Source: Patescibacteria group bacterium (GTDB lineage: Bacteria; Patescibacteriota; Minisyncoccia; Phycocordibacterales; Phycocordibacteraceae). From it: DNA of 54,564 nucleotides. The DNA is taken from NCBI GenBank assembly GCA_038064595.1, contig JBBTSV010000002.1, positions 1-54,564 of the forward strand, in the 5' to 3' direction. Numbering within the stretch: position 1 is the first letter of the stretch; the number at the start of each line of letters is the position of its first letter. Made by a program: the position numbers and the translations under genes. Of this stretch, positions 36,292 through 45,718 are shown one piece after another. The notes under the pieces are model-generated. The model was not told where the DNA came from. It did no database searches and saw only the letters and a list, made by a program, of their open reading frames with translations.

Positions 36292-36340
36292 GCGCACGGC
36301 ACAGTGAGGGACACTACGTGTCCCTCACTGTGCCGTGCGC
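36292..36340. repeat. Extended REP variant: a 23-bp perfect hairpin sharing the GGACAC-TAC-GTGTCC core
   Basis: GCGCACGGCACAGTGAGGGACAC-tac-GTGTCCCTCACTGTGCCGTGCGC. Confidence 0.85.
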
Positions 36341-36362
36341 GTGGATAAAAAACAGTAATGCG

Positions 36363-37568
36363 CTAGAAGGCGCCTGCAAGGTTATAGATCGGGATCAGCA
36401 CCGCAGCGAGAAGTGTCCCGACCCCAAGACCAAGGAGGACAATCATCATCGGCTCGATGAGGCCGACAAGGGTGTCAACCGCATTACTCACCTCGCGGTT
36501 ATAGAATTTGGCGAGCGTGTTGAGGATCTTACCCAACTCGCCGGTCTCTTCACCCACCTTGGTCATCGCGACCATAATGCCGGGTATCTCTGGGTTCTTA
36601 CTGAACGCATCCGAGATAGACGCCCCTCCTTTGACATCTGTCGCGACTGCTTTGATCACGCGCTCATACACAGAGTTCCCGATCACCGAGGCGGTGATAT
36701 TGAGCGCCTCGATCACTGGCACGCCTGCAAGAAGCATCGTCGAGAAGTTGTCGGAGATGCGAGAGAAGTAGAGCTTCTTGTAGAGGTCGCCGACGTAGGG
36801 GATCGAGAGGCGGAGGTCGTCAAGGATAAGCTTCCCGCTTGGCGTCTGGGCCATCTGGTGGACATACACCCCCCCAGCAAGGATCGCGATGAGCACAAAG
36901 AGACCGTACTTCACGAGAAATGCCGAGAGGCCGATCACGATTGCTGTGTAGATAGGGATCTCCTGCCCTGAATCGATAAGCACGGCGCTAATCTTTGGTA
37001 TCACCATCGTAAGCATAAGCGCCATCACGCCACAGAACACAATCACCACAAAAAGCGGGTAGATGAGCGCGTTCTGCGCTTTACTCATAAGGTCGTAGGA
37101 GCGGTCGAGATAGTCGGCGAGATAATTGAAGGTTTCAGAGAGACGCCCAGACTCTTCACCCGCGCGCACCATGTTTACATAAAAGGTGCTGAAGGCCTTG
37201 GGGTGACGCGAGAGTGACTTACTAATCGGGTTCCCGCCCTGAAGATCATCCGCAACCGCCGAGAGTATTTCAGCGAGCTGCTTATTGTCTACTTCAGCAG
37301 CAAGGAGCCGGAAGACGCGAAGCGCGGGCACCTGTGCCTCAAAGAGTGTCGCGATCTGTCGCGAGAGGATCACGACATGTTTGTTGGTGATCCGACCAAA
37401 AAAGGGGAGCTTCATCTCGAGGAGCGACTTCTTTTCTGCAGAATCAATCATCGAGACAATCAGACTGCGGCGCTGGAGCGCTGAAACGGCAACCTCTTTT
37501 GAGGGCGCCTCTATGGTGCCGTCGCGCTCGTGCCCGTCTTGATCAATCGCGTGGTAGGTGAAAAGCAT
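36363..37568 (-). CDS. pilC: Type IV pilus platform protein (GspF/PilC family)
   Basis: 401 aa with two T2SSF repeats and three TM segments. It lies adjacent to pilT and pilB. Confidence 0.9.
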   Translation of the reverse strand: MLFTYHAIDQDGHERDGTIEAPSKEVAVSALQRRSLIVSMIDSAEKKSLLEMKLPFFGRITNKHVVILSRQIATLFEAQVPALRVFRLLAAEVDNKQLAEILSAVADDLQGGNPISKSLSRHPKAFSTFYVNMVRAGEESGRLSETFNYLADYLDRSYDLMSKAQNALIYPLFVVIVFCGVMALMLTMVIPKISAVLIDSGQEIPIYTAIVIGLSAFLVKYGLFVLIAILAGGVYVHQMAQTPSGKLILDDLRLSIPYVGDLYKKLYFSRISDNFSTMLLAGVPVIEALNITASVIGNSVYERVIKAVATDVKGGASISDAFSKNPEIPGIMVAMTKVGEETGELGKILNTLAKFYNREVSNAVDTLVGLIEPMMIVLLGLGVGTLLAAVLIPIYNLAGAF

Positions 37569-37578
37569 AGCGAATTAG

Positions 37579-38640
37579 TTATAGATAGTGCTCAAACGTC
37601 TTAGTATCGTTTGCATAATCATAGGCATGCTCGACCGTAACCTCGCCGCGTCGCACGAGTTCGGCAAGACTGCGATCCATATCAATCATACCTTCTTGCG
37701 AGGACGTTTGGATAATGGTGTCGATCTCATGGGTACGCGAGTCGCGGATCAGGGTGCTCACCGCGCTGTTGTTGATAAGCAGCTCGTATGCCGGGATCAG
37801 GCCTCCCGAGATCCGTGGAACAAGGCGCTGCGAGAAGATACCAGCGAGACTTCCCGCGAGCTGAACCCGGACCTGCGCCTGCTGCTCGGCAGGAAACATG
37901 TCGATAATACGATCAATCGTCTGTGCGGCGGTGTTGGTGTGGAGGGTGGAAAAGACGAGGTGGCCTGTCTCTGCCGCGGTAACTGCCGCAGAAATTGTCT
38001 CGTAGTCGCGCATTTCACCAACCATAATCACATCAACGTCCTCACGGAAGGCACTCTGGAGCGCAGAATGAAAATCGGGAGTATCGATATGCACCTCGCG
38101 CTGATGGATAAGAGACTTCTTGGGTGTAAAGAGGTACTCGACTGGGTCTTCAATCGTGAGAATATGTTCTGATCGGGTCTCATTGATCCGATCAATCATG
38201 GTCGCAAGCGTGGTCGACTTTCCTTGACCGACCGGACCCACGAGCAGGAAGAACCCTTGCTCACGTTGGGTAAACACCTCAAGAATCGAGGGCAGGTTGA
38301 GCTCAGTAAAGGAGCTGATCGTGCGCGGGATGAGCCGAAACGCGAGTGCCGCCCCCCCTTGCACCCGGTACCCGTTGATACGAAAACGATCTTCAGCCCC
38401 GTGCGCATAGGAGAGATCAATAGTCTGATTCTCCAAGAAAGAGTTCCAACGCTCTGGAGGAACAATTGATTTAAGCATCTCCTCGGTGTCGTCTGGCTTG
38501 AGGGCTTCCCGACGGCTCACCGGAAGGAGCGCGCCGGCGATGCGGATCATAGGCGGCCCACCCGCAAAAACATGGAGGTCAGACCCCCCTTGGGAGATGA
38601 CGAGATCAAGGAGCTCTAGGAGGCGACGGTCGACAGACAT
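37579..38640 (-). CDS. pilT: Twitching-motility retraction ATPase
   Basis: Walker A GPVGQGKST, Asp box, Walker B IMVGEMRD and His box TGHLVFSTLHTN. The start was set at ATG 38640. Confidence 0.9.
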   Translation of the reverse strand: MSVDRRLLELLDLVISQGGSDLHVFAGGPPMIRIAGALLPVSRREALKPDDTEEMLKSIVPPERWNSFLENQTIDLSYAHGAEDRFRINGYRVQGGAALAFRLIPRTISSFTELNLPSILEVFTQREQGFFLLVGPVGQGKSTTLATMIDRINETRSEHILTIEDPVEYLFTPKKSLIHQREVHIDTPDFHSALQSAFREDVDVIMVGEMRDYETISAAVTAAETGHLVFSTLHTNTAAQTIDRIIDMFPAEQQAQVRVQLAGSLAGIFSQRLVPRISGGLIPAYELLINNSAVSTLIRDSRTHEIDTIIQTSSQEGMIDMDRSLAELVRRGEVTVEHAYDYANDTKTFEHYL

Positions 38641-38641
38641 A

Positions 38642-39037
38642 TTATGACGTGCCTTTATCTGCCTCGATCGTCCGTACGGTCTCGGCAAGAACTTCAGAGG
38701 GGATAGCTGAGGCTTTCACGATATAGCCATCGGCGGCATACTGCCTCGCTTTCTCGATATCTGAATCTTGACCTTGGTTTGAAAGGATGATGATTTTTGC
38801 CTTTTGGGCAAGGCCCTCTTTACGGATCGCATCGAGTGCACCAAAGCCACCGATACCCGGCATAATGAGATCAATGAGTATTGCGTCTGGAGGAGTCGTG
38901 CTCTCTTTCTTGAGGGCAGCGATAAGATCTTCACCACTCCCAAACGTTGATACATCGAACCCTGCATTTTTAAACTTCACCGAATACAGGTCAAGTAAAA
39001 ATCGATCATCATCAACGAGATACACGCGGTAGGTCAT
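38642..39037 (-). CDS. Single-domain response regulator (CheY-like receiver)
   Basis: YLVDDD...ILIDLIMPGIGG...IIILSNQ...K, a receiver pattern with no output domain. Confidence 0.85.
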   Translation of the reverse strand: MTYRVYLVDDDRFLLDLYSVKFKNAGFDVSTFGSGEDLIAALKKESTTPPDAILIDLIMPGIGGFGALDAIRKEGLAQKAKIIILSNQGQDSDIEKARQYAADGYIVKASAIPSEVLAETVRTIEADKGTS

Positions 39038-39070
39038 AGATCGTATTCATTAGTATACCCCACGCACGCG

Positions 39071-40861
39071 TCAAGGGAGATCTTCGTCTGGGAATAGCTC
39101 CCCGCCGAGCGTATTGACCTCTTCAAACGGGATCTCCCCCGAGAGCGCTTTCATGATCGCATGTTCACGCATGGTAAACATGCCGCTTGCGCGTGCTGCA
39201 GCATAAATTTTTTCTTCCACTGGCTCTTTGAGCACTACTTGTTCGATCTGTTTGTCCATACGGAGAATCTCAAACACGCCCGTGCGCCCGCGCACTCCAG
39301 CCGGACATTCGTCAGTCGGTATCGCATGATAAAACTCCTTAAATGCGGGCAACGAGCTCCGATACTCCATCGGGAGATCGGCAAAATCTTTTTCCAGAAG
39401 GAGCTTGATGCTGTCGTTAACGGGAAAGGGCTTTCCGGCGCCGGGGCACAACTGCTGTACAAGACGTTGCCCGATAACGGCGATCAACGTTGGCGCGATA
39501 AGGAAGGGGTCGACCCCCATGTCAATCAGGCGCGGGATGGCGCCAGCGGCGGTGTTGGTGTGTACGGTCGTGAACACGAGGTGTCCGGTAAGCGCTGCCT
39601 GGACAGCGAGTGCTGCCGTCTCTTTGTCGCGGATCTCGCCGACCATAATGATGTCTGGGTCTTGGCGCAGAATTGAGCGTAGTCCGCTTGCAAAAGTGTA
39701 GCCTATCTCGGGTCGCACCTGACTTTGGGCAACACCGTTGATCTGATACTCAACCGGATCCTCGAGCGAAACAACGTTCTTCATCTCCCGGTCAGTCTCG
39801 GAAAGCATCGCGAAGAGTGTGGTCGACTTACCGGAGCCAGTTGGACCGGCGATGAGAATAATGCCGTACGGCACTTTCATCATCGCGCGGACCGTCGCAA
39901 GCTGTGCATTCGAGAACCCGACCGAGTCGAGAGTCGCCGTGGCATCAGACTGATCGAGAATACGCATCACAACCTTCTCTCCGTGTTCCGTCGGGAACGT
40001 TGATACACGGAAGTCAATGCGACGTTTCTCAACCATTGCAGAGAAACGACCGTCTTGCGGTTTGCGTTTCTCGTCGAGGCGCAGCTTGGCGAGAATTTTA
40101 ATGCGCGCAACGACCGCTTCGTGCACCTTATTGGGGAGCTCGAGTGAGGTGTGGAGTTTTCCGTCGAGACGAAAACGGATACGAGTTTTCGTCGGTGAGG
40201 GTTCAATATGTACGTCGGACGAGCGCCCCTCAATCGCATAGCGCAAGATGGTCGAGACTATCTTGGTGACTGGTGCGTCCTCTTTGAGAGCTTCGTGGGG
40301 ACCAGTGAGGTTAAGCGTCTCGTCCTCAAGAGCAATGGCTATCTCACTTGGCGCTTTCGAGTCGGTTCCTGGCTTCGCGTCTCCTGCCGCTGGCTTCGCA
40401 ATGGTGTCGTACTCGGAGAGCGCCTTCCCCACTTCTCCCGAGAGGTTCTGATACGCTTCAAGCACGCGATTGAAATCATCCTGCGTGATGAGGAGGATTT
40501 TATACGGCATCCCGATTTTCCCTGAAATGAACTGCAGTGCGTCAAACGCTTCGATGTTATCGGGATCGACCATGCCGACCTCAAGCGCGCCGTCGACAAC
40601 AGCAAGCGGAGCAAAACCGTAGTGTCGCGCCGAGTCGAGCGGGATGTAGGCGAGCGCCTCGTCGTCCGCAGGAGGGTCGCCCAAGATACGTGTGGGGAGA
40701 CCGTACGTCTCTCCGGCGGCAGCGAGTGCACTCTCAAGCGAGACCCCACGCTCGGTCAATACCTCTGCGAGCGGACGACGTTTTGCGAGTTCAGCCTCAA
40801 CCGCTACGCGGTCACTTGAAGAAAGGAGGCCTTTATCAACAAGTAGTCCAAGAAAATTCAT
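39071..40861 (-). CDS. pilB: Type IV pilus assembly ATPase (GspE/PilB family)
   Basis: An N-terminal GspII_E-like domain, Walker A GPTGSGKST, IMVGEIRD and TGHLVFTTVHTN. Confidence 0.92.
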   Translation of the reverse strand: MNFLGLLVDKGLLSSSDRVAVEAELAKRRPLAEVLTERGVSLESALAAAGETYGLPTRILGDPPADDEALAYIPLDSARHYGFAPLAVVDGALEVGMVDPDNIEAFDALQFISGKIGMPYKILLITQDDFNRVLEAYQNLSGEVGKALSEYDTIAKPAAGDAKPGTDSKAPSEIAIALEDETLNLTGPHEALKEDAPVTKIVSTILRYAIEGRSSDVHIEPSPTKTRIRFRLDGKLHTSLELPNKVHEAVVARIKILAKLRLDEKRKPQDGRFSAMVEKRRIDFRVSTFPTEHGEKVVMRILDQSDATATLDSVGFSNAQLATVRAMMKVPYGIILIAGPTGSGKSTTLFAMLSETDREMKNVVSLEDPVEYQINGVAQSQVRPEIGYTFASGLRSILRQDPDIIMVGEIRDKETAALAVQAALTGHLVFTTVHTNTAAGAIPRLIDMGVDPFLIAPTLIAVIGQRLVQQLCPGAGKPFPVNDSIKLLLEKDFADLPMEYRSSLPAFKEFYHAIPTDECPAGVRGRTGVFEILRMDKQIEQVVLKEPVEEKIYAAARASGMFTMREHAIMKALSGEIPFEEVNTLGGELFPDEDLP

Positions 40862-41157
40862 TACCGCGTACCCGTCACACCAGTGAGTGGCGCAAGCGGG
40901 TCAATCCGACCCGATGGCTCTGGAGAGATCGGCTGGGTGATATCAACAAGCGAGAGGAAACGCTCGTCAGTAAAAATGCTGGTATTGAATGACGTTGGCA
41001 ATCGTCCCGCGAGCGTCTCAAACTGTACTTGAGCACTCGAGGCGGCTGGGACCGTAGAGAGCGGCATGTCGTTCCCTGTCTGCGTCATAATGTACCAATA
41101 GGCAGCAGCAGCAACAATGACGACCGCGGCGATGATGATAAGGGTATTTGTTTTCAT
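40861..41157 (-). CDS. Small membrane-anchored protein in the pilus operon
   Basis: A 98-aa ORF with an N-terminal TM helix, positioned after the PilO-like gene. No family was recognised. Confidence 0.5.
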   Translation of the reverse strand: MKTNTLIIIAAVVIVAAAAYWYIMTQTGNDMPLSTVPAASSAQVQFETLAGRLPTSFNTSIFTDERFLSLVDITQPISPEPSGRIDPLAPLTGVTGTR

Positions 41158-41161
41158 GGTA

Positions 41162-41710
41162 TTAGCGCAGCCAATAGAGGCGGATCCTCATACGGTACGT
41201 ATAGACGCCCGTGTCTGATCCCTGGATCGAGAGCTCTTGTACGTCGAGCAAGCGAGCGCTCTTTTCTATCCCCTGTAAAAGGGTTTTCAACGATTCGTAG
41301 GTTCCTGTCGCCACAAAAGAAAAATCAATTGACTGCTCGGGAGGCGCTCCCGTCTGTGCCGCTTCGGCGCTGACGGCGGCAACTTGACCAGGGGCGACAT
41401 CAATGCTCGAGACTTTCAAGCCACTGCGCGCAGCAAGCGCATTGAGGTCGATGACCTGACCGATGTTATTAACCGAGTTAGGGAGAAGCAACGCAAGACG
41501 CTCGAGATGTTCAGGATCCATCGCATCACGATCTGCGGCGAGCTCTTTTTCATGTTCAGCAAAAGCTTGTGCTGCAGCGAGCGCCTGGTTGTACGAAACG
41601 ATGGCCGCGCGTGCGTCAGCGATGCTCCCTGACCACGTCGGATTGACGTAGCCAAAAAAGATCCCGAGAGCGACAGCGAGTGCAACGAACGGTAGAAAGC
41701 GATTGTTCAT
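41162..41710 (-). CDS. pilO: PilO-like pilus assembly protein
   Basis: An N-terminal TM helix, a coiled-coil and a C-terminal alpha/beta domain. The call also rests on operon position. Its start overlaps the stop of the upstream PilN-like gene by 4 nt (41707..41710). Confidence 0.5.
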   Translation of the reverse strand: MNNRFLPFVALAVALGIFFGYVNPTWSGSIADARAAIVSYNQALAAAQAFAEHEKELAADRDAMDPEHLERLALLLPNSVNNIGQVIDLNALAARSGLKVSSIDVAPGQVAAVSAEAAQTGAPPEQSIDFSFVATGTYESLKTLLQGIEKSARLLDVQELSIQGSDTGVYTYRMRIRLYWLR

Positions 41711-42288
41711 GGCGTAAAGACGACCACGCTCGGGTCAATGCCACCCGAGAGAGAAAAGGTAACCGACTCATCATCTTTGTTGATCCCTATGTTGGAAAAA
41801 ATAGCCCTCTTGATCCGCGAGTCGCTCGCAAACGCAACCGACGCAACGGCAAGCGAGTTGAAGTTTTTGGCTACCCCCGCTGCATCAAAACGTGCGGTAC
41901 GACTATCGTCGAGCGAAACACGGACAGAAAGGAAACGAATGGTACTGGGCATAACTGCCTCAAGGGTGGTGAGGAATCCAGAGAGTGCGACATGACTCGA
42001 CATAAGCCGTGCGCCAGCGTCGAGTCGATCGCGGAGTTTGACAAACTCATCTACGGTCTTAACATCGAGGGCCGCAGCGGCCTGCGTCACGGCGGCAGCT
42101 TTTGCCTCGCTCGTCGCGCTCAAGAGACGTCCGTAGATAAAGACTCCAATCGCAATGACAAACACTATCGCGAGAACACCATACGCGATGAACCCAAGAA
42201 CCCCACCAATATCAGAAACTGTCTTTTTGGTGGGAGTACCGCCAGGATGTGGCACAAAAGAAGTTGGGATAGAAGGAAGGAGCGCCAT
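41707..42288 (-). CDS. pilN: PilN-like pilus assembly protein
   Basis: A short cytoplasmic N-terminus, a single TM helix and a coiled coil, located immediately after pilM. Confidence 0.45.
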   Translation of the reverse strand: MALLPSIPTSFVPHPGGTPTKKTVSDIGGVLGFIAYGVLAIVFVIAIGVFIYGRLLSATSEAKAAAVTQAAAALDVKTVDEFVKLRDRLDAGARLMSSHVALSGFLTTLEAVMPSTIRFLSVRVSLDDSRTARFDAAGVAKNFNSLAVASVAFASDSRIKRAIFSNIGINKDDESVTFSLSGGIDPSVVVFTP

Positions 42289-42343
42289 TGGCTCCAGTAT
42301 ACGCTATGTACACCAGCTGTCTGTACAGCAACTGTGCAAAAGT

Positions 42344-43432
42344 TTATATCTCGTCAAGCTTCCGTAGCGCAAGACCGACAGCGACAGCGAACTCTGGCCC
42401 AATTTCTTCGAGAATCGGGCGCATAAACGCTGGTGCCTCGGTCTTTATAAATGGATTCGCGACACGCACATCAATCGAAAAGATGTTCTTCGCGTACTCG
42501 CCGAGCGCCTTGGTCACGCCACCCCCGCCCGTAAGAACAATGGCCGTGACCGGCTTTTTATGTGCGGTCTCAAACTGCATCAACACGCGGCGTGCTTCAG
42601 AAAAGATGCGCGAAAAGACCACTTCAGCGCCACTCATCGTCGCACCATCTCTTAGGCCACGCTCCTTCTTCAGTGCCTCGGCCTGTGAAATGGGAACGTT
42701 CCCCGAGACAGAAATGGCACGGGTAATATCTTGACTGCCCGTGTTAATCGCGTGCGAGAGCGCAACTACTCCGTGTTCTATCACATAGGTCTTAGTCGAC
42801 GCTGCGCCGATATCAATCACCATCACCGGGCGCACCTGCTCGTCGACCACTGCACGTATCGTGCTGAAGATTTCGATCTCATAAAAACTCGCGGTGAGAC
42901 CGACGTTCGTCACGATTGACTGCAGAAGAGCGAGCTCATCATTGTGGACAGCAACCAAAAGTACATCGACTGTTTGGTGCACCGGAGCGGGAGCTGCCGT
43001 TTCTCCTTGCGCTAATTCCGGGCGTGGCACAATAAACCAATCAAGCTGTACTTCCGATACCGGGACGGGTATGTATTTACGCGCCTCAAGCTCTATAACG
43101 GTCTTCTGTTCAGCTTGATCTTTGCGGTATGGAAGCGTCACGAGAGTAAGGAGTGAGCGCGCGTAGGGGATCGAGACACCACAGCTCTTGCTCGTCACTT
43201 TTGCCTCACGCAGGAGGTCGGTCAAGGTCTCGGTAATCTGTTCTGCGGAGAGGTTGGTCGCCTGGCCGACTTCTGACCCCCCATACGGCCCGAGCGCAAG
43301 CTCACCATAGGTCTCAAGTATGGCTTGGCCATGGTCTTTTCGTAACTGAACCACCTTGAGCGAGGATGAGCCGATATCAACCCCCAGTACGCTCTTCTCC
43401 TTCTTTTTGAACAAAAAATCATAAAACGCCAT
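42344..43432 (-). CDS. pilM: Type IV pilus assembly protein PilM (actin-like ATPase fold)
   Basis: VLGVDIGSSSLKVVQL phosphate-1 motif, DIGAASTK and LTGGGG, in a 362-aa protein. Confidence 0.8.
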   Translation of the reverse strand: MAFYDFLFKKKEKSVLGVDIGSSSLKVVQLRKDHGQAILETYGELALGPYGGSEVGQATNLSAEQITETLTDLLREAKVTSKSCGVSIPYARSLLTLVTLPYRKDQAEQKTVIELEARKYIPVPVSEVQLDWFIVPRPELAQGETAAPAPVHQTVDVLLVAVHNDELALLQSIVTNVGLTASFYEIEIFSTIRAVVDEQVRPVMVIDIGAASTKTYVIEHGVVALSHAINTGSQDITRAISVSGNVPISQAEALKKERGLRDGATMSGAEVVFSRIFSEARRVLMQFETAHKKPVTAIVLTGGGGVTKALGEYAKNIFSIDVRVANPFIKTEAPAFMRPILEEIGPEFAVAVGLALRKLDEI

Positions 43433-43446
43433 GCGACAATAGTACC

Positions 43447-44085
43447 ATGCTCTTCAATCGCATCTTAGACTTCCTCTTTCCACCTCGTGTGGATGAAGTG
43501 TTGGTGCGCGAGATCTCAACCGATGTCTTCCTCGCCCATCTACGGCCGGTGCTCATCGTCGAGACGCGGCCTGAGACAACTGGTCTTCTCCCCTTCCACA
43601 CCCCACTCGTGCGCGCCACGCTCCACGAGGCCAAATACCACCGGAACACCCACGCTTTTGATCTTCTGGCTACTGCACTCGCTGACTACCTCCACGATAT
43701 CGCTGATGAAAATTACGGACATCGTAAGTCCGTAATTGTTCCCGTGCCGCTCGGCGCGCTACGCGAAAAGGAGCGTGGCTATAACCAAGTTACGGAAGTG
43801 GTCAGAAAAGCGCTCTGCGAACTCGGTCCTAACGCCGAGCGCTTTACGCTTATTCCCGAGCTCCTCACCCGCACGCGCGAGACTCGCTCACAGGTCTCCC
43901 TCCCCCGCGAGGAGCGTCTCGTCAACATGCGCGGCGCCTTTACGGTAACAGCTCCACTGGACTCCGCCGCAACATATATCGTCATCGACGACGTGATCAC
44001 CACGGGCGCGACGCTCCAAGCGGCCATCGACGCCCTTCGTGCTGCTGGTGCGCGCACTATCCTCCCCCTCGCCCTCGCTCATTAA
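43447..44085 (+). CDS. comFC: ComF family protein (phosphoribosyltransferase domain)
   Basis: The PRT motif YIVIDDVITTGATL follows ERGYNQ, at 212 aa. The gene is divergent from pilM. Confidence 0.8.
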   Translation: MLFNRILDFLFPPRVDEVLVREISTDVFLAHLRPVLIVETRPETTGLLPFHTPLVRATLHEAKYHRNTHAFDLLATALADYLHDIADENYGHRKSVIVPVPLGALREKERGYNQVTEVVRKALCELGPNAERFTLIPELLTRTRETRSQVSLPREERLVNMRGAFTVTAPLDSAATYIVIDDVITTGATLQAAIDALRAAGARTILPLALAH

Positions 44086-44107
44086 ATTTGATAAGGTGGG
44101 GCGATAC

Positions 44108-44196
44108 GGATGGGTGACTGAGTGGCCGAAAGTACCTCACTGCTAACGAGGCAGGGGCGTTAAAACCCCTCGAGGGTTCGAATCCCTCCCCATCCG
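44108..44196 (+). tRNA. tRNA-Ser (anticodon GCT)
   Basis: GGATGGG/CCCATCC acceptor, anticodon loop CTGCTAA, a long variable arm (GGGG..CCCC), GAGGG-TTCGAAT-CCCTC T arm and discriminator G. Confidence 0.88.
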
Positions 44197-44252
44197 CAAA
44201 ACAGCTTCTGTTATTATTGATTCGCGTCGGCACGACTGCTACTATAAACGAA

Positions 44253-45356
44253 ATGAATACATTGAGCGCACTAAAACGCCTTCGTCTATTTTTTCGTGTC
44301 TTTCTTTTTGAAAAACTCTTTCTCGGCGTGATCGCCCGATCAGGCTATGAGCGCATCTGGCATATCATCGGGGGCCATATCTTTTTTCATACCTTGGTCA
44401 CGAGCGTCGAAGTGGGCCTCTTCGATCTCCTCCATACCGAGGGCGCGCTGACCCAGACACAGATCGCCGAGAAGCTCCACCTAGAGCAGAAGCCGGTCCG
44501 CATCCTCCTCCTAGGCCTTACCTCACTCCGACTCCTCGATAAGACGGGGGACCGCTATGCGCTCACCTACCTCTCGCACCGCTACTTTGTCTCCTCCTCA
44601 CCGTTCAATATCCGCGCGGTCCTCGCGTGGCAGAAGCGCATCAACTACAAGGCGATGTTCCATCTCACGGAGGCTGTCGAGCAGAATACCAATGTGGGTC
44701 TTATGGAATTTGCCGGGACGGAGCGGACGCTCTATGAGCGCCTCGAGCATACCCCGGACCTCAATCAGATTTTCCAAGATGCGATGCGCGACATATCCAA
44801 GCAGGCAGCGACCCAGCTCGCGGAATATCTCGACACCTCGGGGAGCGCATATCTCGTCGACGTGGGGGGTGGGAATGGGACCGTCCTTATGTCACTCGCG
44901 AGAAAGAATCCTCGGCTGCGCGGGGCCGTGATGGATCTCGCCTCGATCGAGGCGATCAGCACCGAGAACATACGGCACCACGGCTTTACGGACACGCTCG
45001 AATTTGTCCCCGGAAATTGTTTCTCGGACCCCTTCCCCAAAAAGGCCGATATGCTCCTCTTCTGTCACTTTTTCACCATCTGGTCAGAAGAGAAGAATAC
45101 CCAGCTCCTGAAGAAGTGTTACGAGGCGCTTCCTGCGGGGGGCAAGGTGGTGCTCTTCAACATGATGCAGCGCGACACTGAAGATGGTCCGCTGAGTGCT
45201 GCGATGGGATCCCCCTACTTCCTCACTCTCGCCACCGGTGAAGGCATGCTCTACTGCTGGAGAGATTATGAGAGGTGGATGCGCGCGGTGGGCTTCACCA
45301 AGATACAGAAGTTTGTCCTCCCCACCGACCACGGGATTATCGTGGCAGAAAAGTAG
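44253..45356 (+). CDS. O-methyltransferase family protein (class I SAM-dependent, family 2-like)
   Basis: SAM motif YLVDVGGGNGT and an N-terminal dimerisation-like helix region. ATG 44253 was chosen; the track ORF begins at TTG 44217. Confidence 0.8.
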   Translation: MNTLSALKRLRLFFRVFLFEKLFLGVIARSGYERIWHIIGGHIFFHTLVTSVEVGLFDLLHTEGALTQTQIAEKLHLEQKPVRILLLGLTSLRLLDKTGDRYALTYLSHRYFVSSSPFNIRAVLAWQKRINYKAMFHLTEAVEQNTNVGLMEFAGTERTLYERLEHTPDLNQIFQDAMRDISKQAATQLAEYLDTSGSAYLVDVGGGNGTVLMSLARKNPRLRGAVMDLASIEAISTENIRHHGFTDTLEFVPGNCFSDPFPKKADMLLFCHFFTIWSEEKNTQLLKKCYEALPAGGKVVLFNMMQRDTEDGPLSAAMGSPYFLTLATGEGMLYCWRDYERWMRAVGFTKIQKFVLPTDHGIIVAEK

Positions 45357-45363
45357 CACGAAT

Positions 45364-45401
45364 AAAAACACTCCGCCGGCAGAGCCGGCGGAGTGTTTTT
45401 A
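45364..45401. terminator. Bidirectional rho-independent terminator
   Basis: AAAAACACTCCGCCGG-cagag-CCGGCGGAGTGTTTTT, lying between convergent genes. Confidence 0.85.
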
Positions 45402-45415
45402 TTCGACGAGTACCC

Positions 45416-45655
45416 TTACATCCCCGGCATCGTCGGTGAACTGCACGTACTACAATCTTTTTTATGAGTCGCCATAAGGAATACCGCCGAGAGGCCGGCG
45501 AGTATGTAGTAGATGTTCTCGACTACGGGAACCGAGGCAAACAGGAACTGTCCTATATTCCAATTATTCCCCATCAAGTCTCCGATACTGGCGATACCTG
45601 CGCCAATACTAGTGACGACAACCAGCAAAAACGCGAGCATGTGCATTCCTTTCAT
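45416..45655 (-). CDS. Small 2-TM membrane protein (DUF378-like)
   Basis: A 79-aa ORF. The pattern of two TM helices with NW..G and an LAGLSAV segment resembles DUF378. Confidence 0.55.
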   Translation of the reverse strand: MKGMHMLAFLLVVVTSIGAGIASIGDLMGNNWNIGQFLFASVPVVENIYYILAGLSAVFLMATHKKDCSTCSSPTMPGM

Positions 45656-45718
45656 GTGGTTCTTGAAAGCGGTTAAAGCGGGAGTGGTGATCCGCTCCCT
45701 GTAGTATGCCTCTTTATT

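Noticed and set aside
35480-36348. A recurrent TGTGGAT(A/T)A motif near the REP copies (35480, 36269, 36340)
   Set aside because: There are only three short, imperfect occurrences with variable spacing to the palindromes. That is not enough to distinguish them from chance or from REP flanks without a genome-wide count.
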